A stretch of DNA of 64,000 nt from Epiperipatus broadwayi (GCA_028023455.1 JAQFVV010000005.1:11718001-11782000), one strand, 5' to 3'; positions 38,501-51,706 are shown, counted from the first letter of the stretch. Translations and numbers: made by a program. Notes: generated by a model from the letters alone, not told the origin.

Positions 38501-39464
38501 TATTTTTTATAAACTAATAAGTACTGTATTTTCAAATATTTATTTATAAATTTACGTATATTATTTTGAAGAAATACAGACATCGATTTGTAATATATAT
38601 ATATATAGTGGCCATTTATTAAGGATAGGTAGATTGTAGAAGAACAATCTCTAAAAACAAATAAGTTTAGAGAGTTGTAGAGGTTATAATTATAGTTTTA
38701 TTAGTTTAAAAGGACTTGAACTTGGTTAAATAAGTCAATAAGTAAGTTATAAAGCATTTTAAAATTATTCTAACCCTAAAATTAAATGGTAAGAGCAGTG
38801 TAATTTAATATTTTACAAGTGGAACAGGTTAATATTAGTATTTAAAAATATATTTAGTATCCTATTTTAATAAATCAATAATTTAAATGAAGTTATTAAT
38901 AATTGAATAAATTGTTAAATATGTTAAAAAATAAGTTAAAGTTGTTTAATATTTTTTTAAAATTATTAATAATATTGCATGGTTTTCTAAATGATTCAAT
39001 TTTATTTGTTATCATATAATAAATATAGAAGTTACTATTTTAAATTACATTATTATATTAAATATTTTATATAATGCATTTTTTAAATTAAGTATTCATT
39101 TGCTACATTATGTCTGGGATGGTTATCACATAACTGTCTAATAAATTGGTTGTGTGAAGGCTTCCTAGAATTTAAAAGAAAGTTTCAATTATTTTCTAAA
39201 ATTATTAATGAAATTGATAAATTTTGAATATTATAGAATAAGTTTAGAATAATATTTAAGTTAGTTTTAAATAATATTTCAAGGATAAAAGTAGAATAAA
39301 TTTGCTTCAATGAATTAAATATTTTATTAAAGTTTAATGTTCTAATGAAAATTAATAAATCGTATTATTTAAAAATATTTTATTTGAATGAATGGAGTTG
39401 TAGATATTTAAAATATTTTATATTTTTATTATTAAAATATGACTCATTTTATTTTTACTTTTAA

Positions 39465-40279
39465 AATGGTTGTTGTGACTTATGCCCAATGTGGCCACTT
39501 GATGGCATTAGTGCTTGCAAAAATAATGAAATGTAACGTTACTGGGCCGATAATTTTTTGCTTTCTGTTCTCCGACAATTTTTCAAAGTATTTTTAAAAA
39601 ATGTACTAACCAACATTATTTTCTAAATTACATTTTTTAATTACTTTATACATTTCAGCGCATAGCACTAAAATATGTGGTGGGTCCCAATGATTTTGAT
39701 GATCCAAAGGATCGGCCAATACACGCACTACTCTGAGCAAACCAAGCTTTTAGCATGTAGAGCTAGGATGTGTGGGGAGTTGATCGTTTTAACAATCCGA
39801 AGAATTGGCCAATACATGCACTAGTCTGAAAAAACAAAGATTATGATTTTCAAAACAATGTACAATGACAACTATTTCATTATTCTCATAACTATTTTTC
39901 TGCAAACATGCCTTTTCGTGTGACTTATGTGAAATGGTTCTGGAACATACGCTTTTGCAATTGTTTTCACCTTCCAAGATGTGTAGGGAAATGCATGACA
40001 GGCTTACAATTATTAGTATGTAATAGTATGTCAGGTGAGGTATAAGATTGTTACTTCCTATGCACATAAAAGCACTTATGGCCAGTTAAATTCCATACAC
40101 CTTGACATCCTACAGTAGCAATCTATGAAGTGTGCAATGCCATCGAGGCCTGCTAATGGCTAATATGAACAGAACTGTTCTATAGGCTGTAATTTGGGCC
40201 ACATAAATGGCAATTTCTGTGCTTTTGCAGAGAAACAATGCCACCAAGTTGCCACATTGGGCATAACTCACAACTACCT
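39465..40279. mobile_element. Non-autonomous TIR DNA transposon, Kolobok-like termini
   Basis: ~50-bp TIRs (gttgtgacttatgcccaatgtggccacttgatggcatt / aatgccaccaagttgccacattgggcataactcacaac); TTAA on both sides; right end CTACCT|TTAA; internal 36-bp direct repeat at 39708 and 39800; no transposase. Confidence 0.75.
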
Positions 40280-42188
40280 TTAAAATTATCAAATTTAATC
40301 ATTATGTAAACTAGTGGATTTGTCTGGCTCTATCCAATAAAATCTCTTGATAGAAAGGGGTATAAATAGACAGATGTATGAAATTAGAGGTATTGTATCA
40401 TATTATGTGTTGTTGAATACAAGGGATAGAATTGTGCAAAGTTATATTACTATAGGTTAAGTAATATAAAATTTATAAAACAGTAAATTGTATAAAATTA
40501 TATTTTAATATTATTTTCTATAAAGTTAAAACCTAAAGGATTAATTACTTGTTAAAACAATATGGGTGAATAGTAATTTAACATTTCCTATCAGTGACTC
40601 TGTTCAGAAGCTTAATTACAACCCTCATTATTAAACTTACTATAAGGAACATCAGAAGAAAGATGGCCAAACGCCGAAGGTTTTCTTGGATTATACCCAT
40701 GTTAAGTTCACATAAGAATTTTAATAATTTTTTCTGTGGTATACTTCAACAATGTGAACATTTATTTGCTAGAAATCTATTTAATAGAATGACAATTAAT
40801 ATGTGGAGAAAAGCAATAATTAAAAAAAACAAACAATATTTTGATCCAAAATATAGAAAGAGAAGAAAATATGTTTTGCATTTCAATTTGTAAAACAAAG
40901 ATGAAATGATGTTGTCTAATATTTTAAAACATTTATTTATTATTATTTCATAACAATTACAATTTTAATTTAATAAGTTTGTGTTTGAAATGAATATTTG
41001 GACTTGTAATAAACAAGATATTTTAAAGATAAACTAAAATATATGATTTGAACCTACTGACATAATAATCATTTATTTTAGCTATCTGGGAATTTGAGAA
41101 AGTTTTGTTGAAAAATAGGATATTAGTGATAAATAATCTTTAAAGATTGGAACTTAAACTTGTTTATCTGCTGAGTTAATTGTACTTAATTGGAACATAT
41201 CTAAAGAAATAATAGTATGCTATTTATTGGAAACATGAGTTCAAAATATACATGTCGAATCTAATGCATCTATCACTGAATGATCCTTAAATATATGTAC
41301 ATACCCAAAAAAATGATTCTTACTTAAAATGTATATTTTAAATATTGTGAAATAAATTATTATAATCCTGGAAGAGATTACGGAAATGGACTGTACAAAC
41401 ATCTTTTCATATCAGGATGGATAATAGTTTCTGTGATTTTGAAGGATTTTTTTTTTTGTTAAAAAAAGTCAACATTTATTTATTTTTTTCTTCATTATGA
41501 ATATACATCAGGAAAAGTTGGGGAAAAGAACTTTGAATAAAGACTTGTTGTGATAATAACCATGCAGAGTTTAATACCCCAAGCTTTCAACAGTTGTCAA
41601 TGAGAGCCATTTAGGAAGAAAATTTTTTGTAACTTTATTTTTTATTTATTTATTGACTTATTTCTAAAAAATTTAACATTAATAATTAAACATTATTTCA
41701 TATTTTCATTTAGTTAAGGTTAAACTAATACAGACATTGTTTTTTATAACTTAATCTTAAAATAGATTAACAATTTAGATATTTGCAAACATTTTTTAAA
41801 AAAGTAAGACTTTTCTAATGAATGCTGTCTGAGTGAAATTATAAAATATAGTTATTTATGTCCAGAGACCAGAGGATGTCATAAGTAATTATAATGTTGT
41901 AATAATCACTAGGTAATTTTAATTATTATTATTATTATGAAGTGATATAATAATTTTTTTTTATTGCTTGGAATTTAAAAGATTTTTTTGATTAATGAAT
42001 GAATTGATGAAAAATGTATGAATACCTAATACATATGATTTTATTGAAAAATATACCAGGCACTCTTATACCTGGAGACTACTTGTAAATATAGGGCATT
42101 TGAACAGACTTTCAAGCCCCTTTACTATGCACACTATCTCATACTACTGATTCGCATGATCACACAATACAGAAAAGATAAATAATCA

Positions 42189-42230
42189 CCAATACATGTA
42201 TTTTGTGCTAAACCAGAACTCATCAGTTGG
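42189..42230 (-). ncRNA. Decayed type-I hammerhead motif, family B
   Basis: CCAA CTGATGA GTTCTG-GTT-TAGCAC AAAA TACATGTA TTGG; GAAA is mutated to AAAA. Confidence 0.55.
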
Positions 42231-42419
42231 TCCAGACTACAATCTCCCATATATATATAATCAGTGCTCAGTTTATATTAAGATAGCAAATCCTTACACT
42301 TTAATGGGCAGGTTTCAACCCACTGCAATTTCCAACTCTTCAGCCATCCATACCATTGAAAATCTGATAATAGAAATCCCAAATACCATGCTGATGCCAA
42401 TATTATTGTCATACCCATG

Positions 42420-43190
42420 TGCTAAATGTGTGTGTATATGTACTATACACAAAATATGTATTACTAATTAATAATTATAAATGTAAAACTAAACAGAATG
42501 CTAATTGTGTATTATAAGTAATAAATGATATTAACACTAAACTAAAAGTAGGTGCGTGGATGCCAAGGGCATTCACAATATTTGATAAAGCATTAGAATA
42601 ATTAAAGTTTAATTAAGGAGAAACTATAAAGAAGGATGAAGATAACGTAAACAAAGCCATTGCTTAAAATAGACAATTCTAAAGTCGTGGCATTATCTAA
42701 TCAGGGATCGAATAGAAACTAAAGAGATGACCACCACGTGGACAGCGGATGGCCAATCAAAGGAGGCTACTCTAAAATCAAGGCATGAGTAGTAATAGAT
42801 CCAGAATTGAACTGAGACCAGTACACTGGCTAAGTGAAGCTCTTGAAAGGCAGATGTGCCATTTACTCGGGTCCACCAGTCAGCTTCTTCCTTCACTTAG
42901 CCTTGCGGAGAGGTTTACCTCCGGACGTGCCAAAGTAAACCTAGGGACTATGTAACAGGTCGTATTGATCTTATTAAATGTTACGCCTTCGTGCCCTTAT
43001 TTATAAAAATTATGTAGCATGTCTAATAGTCATATTTTTGTATATATTAAACAACAGTGATTAACTCATATATAACTGTAAATAAATTCTTATTTAAATT
43101 TACTTGCTGAGCTGCCTCATTAATTATTATATATTTGTGTTATTGATATTTGCAATCCAGCAAGCAATAGAGTGCGGCTGGACACAGCAA
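42420..43190 (+). repeat. 5' LTR (771 bp)
   Basis: Direct repeat of 45043-45805 with scattered substitutions and indels. Confidence 0.92.
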
Positions 43191-43357
43191 TTGGCACAGT
43201 TATAGTTGATTATGAACTTCAACAGTCTAATTGGCAGTAATCACAATCAACGCATTGACAGCCGAATACATTGGCATCTAATTATTTGATTCATGAGGAG
43301 ATAAACTACTAAAAAATATATGTCTATATTTTTTGTTAAATTGACTAAGTTATCGTA

Positions 43358-44612
43358 ATGCAGCCGGCAATATCTGAATTTGACATCAGAGAGGCAAGTG
43401 AATGTCCCCTGTACGTCCAACAAATTGAAAAACTTTTAATTATTAACAGAGTAAAGGACGATAAAAGCAAAACAGTGACCTTATTGTGTTTCGCTGGAAA
43501 ATGAGTAATGCAAATAGGCTTTGTAAACCTAAAACCCCAGAATAATTAACATTTGAATAGGTCAAAGATCATGTGACTGACTATTTTAATACTTGTGAGT
43601 CTAGACACACTGCCAGACTCTGCTTCAGAAATCGCCGCCAAGGCAAGAATGAGCGGACACAAGATTATGATACTGCCCTGCGTAAACTCGCAAAAAACTG
43701 CATCTATGATTCATACCTGGAAGAAGCTCTCCTCGAACAATTTTTATGTGGAATGAGCAGTGACAGTCTGAGACAGCAGTTATTGGCAGATACAGATATC
43801 AACTATAAAGTAGCTATCAAACATGGCATAGCTCACAAAATTGTGTTATAGCAAGCAAAAGAATTTTCGGCCACAAAAATGTCCACAATTGTGAAATCCA
43901 CAAAGTCGACAAACCAGATAGAAGGGTTCCTGACCCAAGTGGAACAACTGACATTAAGAAAAGTTGAATTAAGTGCTTTTGCTGTGGAAAATTAGATCAC
44001 ACGGCACACGAGTGTTTTTATAAGGACCAACGCTGCAAACACTGTAATAAAATTGGCCATTTTGAAAAAATGTGCCGAAATAAGAAATTCAACAATGATA
44101 CAAGTAATAACAGCCAAGAGCGTTTTACTAGAAAACCCAAGCAAGAGGAATTTGCGGTGATTAATAATGTGTCTTTGGACCAATCACCGAAATTTGAAAT
44201 GATTGTCAAAATTTTTGGAAAAACCTTAGCGATGGAAATTGACAGCAGTAGTGCGGTGTCTTTACTGTCATTTAAAGATTGGAAAACCATCGTGGCAGAT
44301 ATGACACAGCCATCTAGACTTATGCATACCAAATTTAAAGCTCGGGACATCAATGGCAAGGCTATAAAAATTAAAGGAGCAATTCAGGCTCCAATTACTT
44401 TTTACAACAGCAAAAAATTAAAATTGCCATTATATATAATGCACGCCCCGATAAATCCCCTCATTGGCCGTGATTGGTTCAATCACTTGGGAATTAAATT
44501 ATCGACGAGCAAAATTAATGACATCGTAGTGTTTACTGAAAAACGTAAAAACTGGCAATCGCGTGCGAAAACACGTCCAGCCTTAGTCGAGAAATCCCAC
44601 AGAAAACTCTAG
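43358..44612 (+). pseudogene. Disrupted gag plus aspartic protease
   Basis: MQPAISEFD... gag start with internal stops; ARLCFRNRRQ...EEALLEQFLCGM; double zinc knuckle CFCCGKLDH..HEC...CKHCNKIGHFEKMC in frame with protease EIDSSSAVSLL...LIGRDWF. Confidence 0.85.
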
Positions 44613-44620
44613 ATCATAGA

Positions 44621-44989
44621 TTGCAGAACAAGCCTGTGGAAAGTAGGTCACCTGAAGAATATGAAGTACCTGTTCTTAACTATAAATTTGTATCTAAAGA
44701 ACACGTATGGGTTAAAAACAAAACTGACAGATTCTGGATTAAAGCGGAAATTGTGCGACATTTAAGTAAGCAAGTGGTTGCTATGCGAATGGAGGACAGA
44801 AGAATGCTACGCAAACATATCAGCCAGCTGAATAAAGAAGAATATAGTCAACAAATGCCACAGATGTTTCAGGAAAAATACAACAGCAAGTGGACATTAG
44901 GGAAAAACCATAACAGCAGTGCAGTCCCAAACGAAATCACTATAAACCTGGAAAGAAAAATTCCCCCTGCCATACTTATTATGTTTTAA
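44621..44989 (+). pseudogene. Integrase C-terminal (SH3-like) remnant
   Basis: VWVKNKTDRFWIKAEIV...MLRKHISQL resembles the gypsy V.VRN....W..G.I...RRH..QL tail; no RT, RNase H or DDE core precedes it. Confidence 0.6.
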
Positions 44990-45042
44990 GTTTAGAGAAT
45001 AGAAAAAAAGTGAAACACGAATCTCTGAACTTGGGGGAGGTA

Positions 45043-45805
45043 TGCTAAATGTATATGTACATGTACACAAAATATGTATTACTAGTTAATAATTATAAAT
45101 GTAAAACTAAATGGGATGGTAATTGTGTATTATAAGTAATAAATGATATTAACGCTAAACTAAAAGTATGGGCGTGGATGCCAAGGGCATTCACAATATT
45201 TGATAAAGCATTAGAATAATTAAAGTTTAATTAAGGAGAAACTATAAAGAAGAATTAAGATAATGTAAACAAAGCCATTGCTTAAAATAGACAATTCTAA
45301 AGTCGTGGTATTATCTAATCAGGGATCGAATAGGAACTAAAGAGATGACCACCACGTGGACAGCAGATGGCCAATCAAGGGAGGCTACTCTAAAATCAAG
45401 GTGCAAGTAGTAATAGATCCAGAATTGAACTGAGACCAGTACACTGGCTAAGTGAAGCTCTTGAAAAGCAAATGTGCCATTTCCTTGGGTGCTCCAGTCA
45501 GCTCCTTCCTTCACTTAGCCTTGCAGAGGTTTACCTCCGGACGTGCCAAAGTAAACCTAGGGACTATGTAACAGGTCGTATTGATCTTATTATTTGTTAC
45601 GCCTTCGTGCCTTTATTTATATAATTAAATAGCATGTGTCTAATAGTCATATTTTTGTATATATTAAACAAGAGTGATTAACTCTTATATAACTGTGTAA
45701 ATAAATTCTTATTTAAATTTACTTGCCAAGCTGCCTCATTAATTATATTTTTGTGTTATTGATATTTGCAATCCAGTGAGCAATAGAGTGCCACTGGACA
45801 CAGCA
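45043..45805 (+). repeat. 3' LTR (763 bp)
   Basis: Follows the PPT; ends in ggacacagCA before the TSD. Confidence 0.92.
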
Positions 45806-47299
45806 CCATGTTAAGCTCAAGTCACTCTGACCCCTCATGTATAGGACAGTATCCATTTAAATACATAGAAGAGGGATGGGCAGAATGCAGGATTAATATG
45901 TAAGACTTTAAATACCAGGCACTCTTATACCTAGAGTCTATTTGTAAATATAGGGGATTTGTTTTACTATTATAAAGTAATTGAGCTTTTTTTTTTGCTT
46001 TGCTATTATAAAGTAAATACTTATTGTTGCTAAATGCTGTTTTTACAACAAAAATAATGGTAAGAATACATATATTTTTGAACTAGGGTATTTTAATCTC
46101 TGCAGCAATGATAGATTTTTGGAGTTTTTGATAATATTCTTCAAATTAAATTTCCAATGATAGATTTTTGGAGTTTTTGATAATAATTTTATGTATCTTA
46201 CTACTTGCAGAAATTGAGATAAGATGTTTATGCTGCTTTCTCTTTGCTTATTTATCTTTACAAAATATATATATATGTTTAAATTTTTATATTTAATCTT
46301 GCCGTCGGTAGCTATAACTAACATTTTAATTAAAGTAGTTAAATTAAAAACCAATAACTATGTGGTATTAATTTTCTTAATATTTATTTTCTTTGAATAT
46401 CTTTGTACAAATAAAAAAACCCCATGCATTTTGTTGGATCATGTATGTTTTAGCTTACGTTGGTTTTCAAACTTATTCTTAGATCTATATGTAATTAAGC
46501 TGGGTTTTATTTTTTCATTATATTATAAAGTATATCTTTAAAAAAGTACATATTATTTTGTTTGTGTACATTCTATTTCAGTTTGTCTAAGTTAAAACTT
46601 CTTTAACTAAGTCCTCCCTTATATTTGTTAATAAATAAAGTTAAAAAAAGATTGAATATGTAGCAATTATAATTATGTCTAAGTATACTTATGACAAAAC
46701 CAAAAAAGGAAATAAACTTGATTAGCAAGTTTTTACATCTTCAAATTAACTCAGAACATTATAATTTTTTATTTAATAACTTCAGAAATAATTTGAATGA
46801 TTTCATTTTGAATTGTCACATGAATAATGGCCAACATTCTTTTTTAATGATATTTGGATAATATGCAAATGTTCAGCCATTATTAAATCAAATTTAATGG
46901 GTTTCTATTAATTTTAAAAGTTACTGTTATCATTCTCAAAAAGATTTTTAGAACTTCCAAATGCTAAACATTGGCTTAATAAATATTGCACTATATAGAT
47001 GACTCATTCTATAACAGATCGCCAATAGTTTTTTTCCGTTTAATATTGGTTTTCTAGACAATCACTTGACCATTTTTTACTTAATGACATTTTGTTTTTT
47101 AATTAAAAGATTACTTTTATTAATCTAAGATTTTACATTTTATTCAGTGGTTATAAATGTTTAAAATGTAAGACCTGATATTTAGATTATTAGTTCTTAT
47201 ATCTATATCTTCAGCCAATCCAAGATGAGATTCCAAAATAGGTTAACTGATAAATCAAACAATTCCCATGTGGTCTTAAATATTTTCATTGGCACTATT

Positions 47300-48400
47300 G
47301 ATTTGTCCCTCTTTTTGATTTCCTTAATAAAATTTATTAGTTGTTTAATGTTATTTTGATTATTCGTGAATTAGTTTACATCTAATTTTCCAAATGGAGG
47401 TCAAGAATGTTGAGATTCTTGTAAGTAGGTATATACCCTTTTTAATGCAGTCCTTGAGGGATGTAATGATGTGTTTGTTTTCATATAAGCATTTATTACA
47501 TTTCTATGGATACTCAGTCCTTGACATATGTAAAGTATGTGCTCTATGGTCTTTTCTTCCCTTTTGCAAATTTGGCATATGGGGTTAACCTTAGTGAACC
47601 CTCTTGTATACTAAAAAAGTGTTTATAGGGAGCACCTCCAAGTTCATTTTGACTCTGAAGACCAAATATTTAGCTTCTAGATTCTAATACCTGAACCTGG
47701 AGACTATCCCCTTATTGGTTATCTCCAGCGTACTGGTGGTGAGCCCTATCCCCCCATTGGTCAAGTTGTATGCCTCCCAATATTGGGGTTATGTGCTCCT
47801 TATTAGGATTTTTTGGTTGAATTTATGTATTGAGTTAAATGCTTTTTGAATATAGTATGTTGAAATTGAGGGTAAGGATATTCTATTTAGGTTTTTTGGC
47901 TTCTGCATCTTCCTTATGCTGATAGCCATACTTCCCCTCTCCCCATAGTAGCTTCGAGCAAAGGGAATTAAAATTTTTTCTCAACTCCCCTGTAAGGCTA
48001 ATGCCAGATAGATAAGTTTATCCTGGAAAATACTAACATATTTAACAGTGAGGCCTCCCCATGGATTGATAGATACACTTTAGAGAGCATTTAGTTATCT
48101 TTTGGGTAGCAGCTAGTATTGAGTCTTGAATATCCCTTCTCATCACTGATGGAGATTTTTCGATCGAGAATCCCAAGAACGTCTGTGGGTCCACTGTAAA
48201 TTTTAAAAGTATTTTTTTGCCCAAAATCAGCTTCATGCTGCAGATTTGTTCATGTTAAATTCTAACCCAAAATTCTTTGTGTACTGTTCCAGTATTATAA
48301 TTCAATACTTTTATATATGCAGAGTTCTATCTACTATATCAGATTTCGTAATTGTTTGCATTAAATCTTCTCTCTACAGCATATTTCTCTTATCCTTGGT
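47300..48400 (-). mobile_element. Non-LTR retrotransposon remnant (post-RT region with CCHC finger; RLE/R2-NeSL-like by inference)
   Basis: CQICKREEKTIEHILYIC (CX2CX8HX4C) at ~47520-47578; upstream TFLG...QKITKCSLK resembles the YLG...I..APLKP region. Confidence 0.55.
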
Positions 48401-48889
48401 ACAAAATTAAAAAAATTGATTTTAGCATTAAACCTACTGGACTTTTTTTATATTTGCCTGTAATATCAAAAATAAATCCGATAAAAGTAAACTAATGAAA
48501 TTTTTGTTAATTCATTTTTAAAATTATGTGAGCGAATTAATAATTACCACTAATCTGAGATATTAATGTTTTAAAATATTACATATTCTTTAAAATATAA
48601 TCATTCATAAAGTTGGGGGAAAAAATAATAGGAAAAAATCTCTGAAGCCTTGCAAATGCTCCATGAAACCTATCAAATGATCAGATACTACTTTGAAAAT
48701 GTTGATTTTACTGTGAAAAATTGACCAATTGATTTTTTTTTAAATTGATAAATCAATATTTTCATTACAAAATGCTCAATCATTGTAATTTTAAAATTAT
48801 GACTCAGATTGGTCAAAAAAAAAATGATGGAAAGCTAACAGCACACTATCTCCATCTCCCCCCAAAATCTATTATAGCTGCCATTTGAA

Positions 48890-49200
48890 TAAGTCTTGCT
48901 ATTGAGTCATTGCAACATTTATATTCATTGCCATTTAAACTAAATTGAATTACTTTTTGCTATTTAAATTAATTCTTGCTATTGAGTCATTACATTCTGT
49001 AGATGTGTTTTCTAGTTCTTGGCATTCATTGCCATTTAAAGTAAGTTAAATTACTCTTTGCTTTTAAATTCTTGGTTCTTGCAATTGAGCCATTGGATTC
49101 TATAGATTTATTATTCGACTTGTGATTTATATTTCTCTCTTAAATTAAATTACTCCTTACCAAATCATTGCATCCAATGGATTTACTATTCTATTTATAA
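48890..49200 (+). repeat. Three imperfect 80-100 bp tandem units upstream of the hAT transposase
   Basis: Recurrent cttgc(t/a)attgag(t/c)catt and cattcattgccatttaaa...aattact. Confidence 0.6.
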
Positions 49201-49229
49201 TTTATACTCATTTGTCTATATCGCTCAAT

Positions 49230-51480
49230 GGAGTACACAACACAGACAAAATATCAAAGAAGTTATCTGGAGCTCAAAACAAAAAAGATTATAATGAGAA
49301 GAGACTGAACACAAATTGGCCAGATCATTAAACAAATTTCTATCATCAACAAAGGAATGAAAGACGAATAGTTTTGAACAAGCACTTTGGTTATTTCTAC
49401 TACTTCAACAGAAAACAATGACATATAGATGTCACTGCAAGATTCTGAGAGTAAAAAAACCTGAAAATTCAGATTTTATATTAAATTTTAATACTAATAA
49501 TTCAGGGACATGGCAAAAAATCACGAAATTAGAGGTTGTTTAGTTTAAAATTCTACTAGTCAGATAGTTGTGTCAGGTCACAAGTTCTCAGAATCTTATT
49601 ATTATCATTATTTACCAAATGGAGAGAATTTCTAGAAGTTATTTAGTTCATTTTGAATCATGAAATTCAATTTTTTATTATTGAAAATTATTTGGACATT
49701 ATATTATACAATTTACAAATGAGTACAATTGTAATGCCTGGAAACACGAGTCATATATTAAAAAAAACATGAAACTAGTTCTGCGCATATAAATATGGAT
49801 CAAAATATGGCCAATGCAAAATGTCATTAACTAAAAAATGTACAATCACTTCATCTCAACGAAGACTATATGAAACTGAGAAAAAATATTGGCAATCTGT
49901 TATAGAATGATTAATCTATATAATACAACATTTATCAAGACATTTAGCTTTCTGAGATTCTTCTAAAAATCTTTTTGAGAATGATAATGGTAACTTTTTA
50001 AAACAGAAACTGTCATTAAATTAAATTCAGTAATGACAGTTTACAAAGTGTCCAAACATCACAAAAAAAATGTTGCTCATTATTTAGGTGACCAAATTCA
50101 AAACAAAACTGTGCATATTATTTCTGAAGCTATAAAATAATTTTTTTTAGAAAGGTTAAAGAACCAAAATACTATGAACAATTAACCATTGTTATATTTG
50201 ATCTCAATAATGATACAAATACCCAGAAATTCATGAACATTTTTGGGCTTTCAATCTATAATTGACACTAGTGGTCAAGGATTATTCGAGTATATTATAA
50301 ATTTTTTTAAAATTAATACATATTAATATTTCAGTTTACATGGACAAGCATATAATAATGGTTTCAATATGTGGGGCAAACATAACAGACTCCAACAAAA
50401 AATTATTGAAATGAATTCAAGAGCTTTTTTCATTCCTTGTGTAGCACACCCATTAAATTTGGTAATTAGTAACATGGCTAAAATTTCTTTTGAAACTGGT
50501 AATTTTTTTGGAATAATAAAGGAATTATACAATTATTTTTCATTATCTGTGAAATGGTAAACTATATACTAAAAAGATATATTATAAATTTAAATTGGAA
50601 ACTACTTTCTATTACCAGATAAGAAAATAGAACTGAAGCAATAAGACCACTTAAAAATAATATTAAAAAAATATATCTAGCTCTTACAGATGATATCAAA
50701 GATATAGATTCTAGAGTTCAGATTGATAATTTAATTTCAATAATTTGTTGTTTAAATTTGTATGTTCTATTCATATTTGGCATGATATATTAAGTCTTGT
50801 AAATGTAAGTAAAATGGTACGGAATCCGACATTTAATATACAAATAGTTACAGAAAGTCTCTACGTGATTACAAATAATTTGAAGAATCTCCAGATCGAT
50901 CATAATTCTGTAACAGATGTAGAAACAATTTGATATCAATCCTACTTTCCCCAAAATATAAAAAAGAAAAAATGTTTGAAAACGAAGGTTCATACGAATC
51001 AATAAAGGATGGTAAACAACATTTTAAAATCAACTTTTTTTTTGCAATTTTAGAGTCTACTATATCATCAATTACTGAAAGGTTTACTGTTAAAAGCAAC
51101 ACATTGAAAACTTCAAATTTATTTATGACATTAATAAATTAAAAGAATGGAATCATGAAAAAGATATCAATGTAAAATTATGTGACAATAAATGCTAATT
51201 GGGACATTGAAAACATAACTAAATTTGAGGAACCGAGAATCTTACAATGTTTTATAAAAACTGTTTTGTTTCCTCATGCTGTTTTCAATTATATATATCA
51301 AAATAAATTGAAACTTTTCCAAATGCAGCTGTTGTACTGCACATTTATTTAACTTTAACTGTTTCAATGCTGGAAAAAGTTTTTCTAAAATAAACATTAT
51401 TAGCAATCTACAATGAAAAAAGAATGTCCAAAAGATTTATCACATATCTATTGAAAATGATATTCTAAATACCATAAACA
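49230..51480 (+). mobile_element. Decayed hAT (ZMYM1-like) transposase
   Basis: KKLSGAQNKK start; NDNGNFLK; GQAYNNGFNMWGKHNRLQQKIIEMNSRAFFIPCVAHPLNLVI; FPNAAVVLHIYLTLTVS dimerisation-like end; many stops and frameshifts. Confidence 0.85.
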
Positions 51481-51664
51481 CTATTCATTAAGTGGATAAA
51501 CTTTAATCTAATGAATGACTAATAAAAAATTTTTAATACACTTTCATCAAGTGGTAAAGTAGTGATGGTGGTAAATTTGACACTTATAAATTAAACTGTC
51601 GTAATTGGCTATCTATAATATAGTGAACAATGATAAAGGTATGTGCAAGAGATTGTGGTGAGAG

Positions 51665-51706
51665 CCAACTGATGAGTGCTGGTTCAGCAAGAAATGGGCA
51701 TCTTGG
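51665..51706 (+). ncRNA. Type-I hammerhead motif, family B
   Basis: CCAA CTGATGA GTGCTG-GTT-CAGCAA GAAA TGGGCATC TTGG; stem I CCAA/TTGG; 5-bp stem II; flanks homologous to the 42189 copy. Confidence 0.6.

Larger units (their letters stand above)
42420..45805 (+). mobile_element. Ty3/gypsy LTR retrotransposon, internally deleted (gag-protease plus integrase C-terminus only)
   Basis: TG...CA LTRs at 42420-43190 and 45043-45805; 5-bp TSD CCATG (42415-42419, 45806-45810); PBS-like TGGCACAG at 43193; PPT GGGGGAGG at 45033-45040. Confidence 0.92.
42053..45960 (-). mobile_element. Family B hammerhead-bearing non-coding element (~468-nt monomer plus ~50-nt terminal redundancy), split by the LTR element
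   Basis: ataccaggcactcttatacct.gag.cta.ttgtaaatatagg at 42053 and 45912; hammerhead at 42189-42230; homologous to 51600-51740. Confidence 0.6.

Noticed and set aside
40594-40893. 99-aa basic ORF (…RRKMAKRRRFSWIIP…) behind an AG acceptor
   Set aside because: Non-ATG start overlapping the acceptor, no recognisable homology and no phase-linked neighbour; left unresolved.
42290-42350. Minus-strand CTGAAGA...GAAAC hammerhead-like spacing
   Set aside because: No stem II pairing and no NUH/stem III.
42693-45514. Conserved 67-aa minus-strand ORF present twice (42693-42896, 45311-45514)
   Set aside because: Both lie in the LTRs, so the duplication is explained; no recognisable domain.
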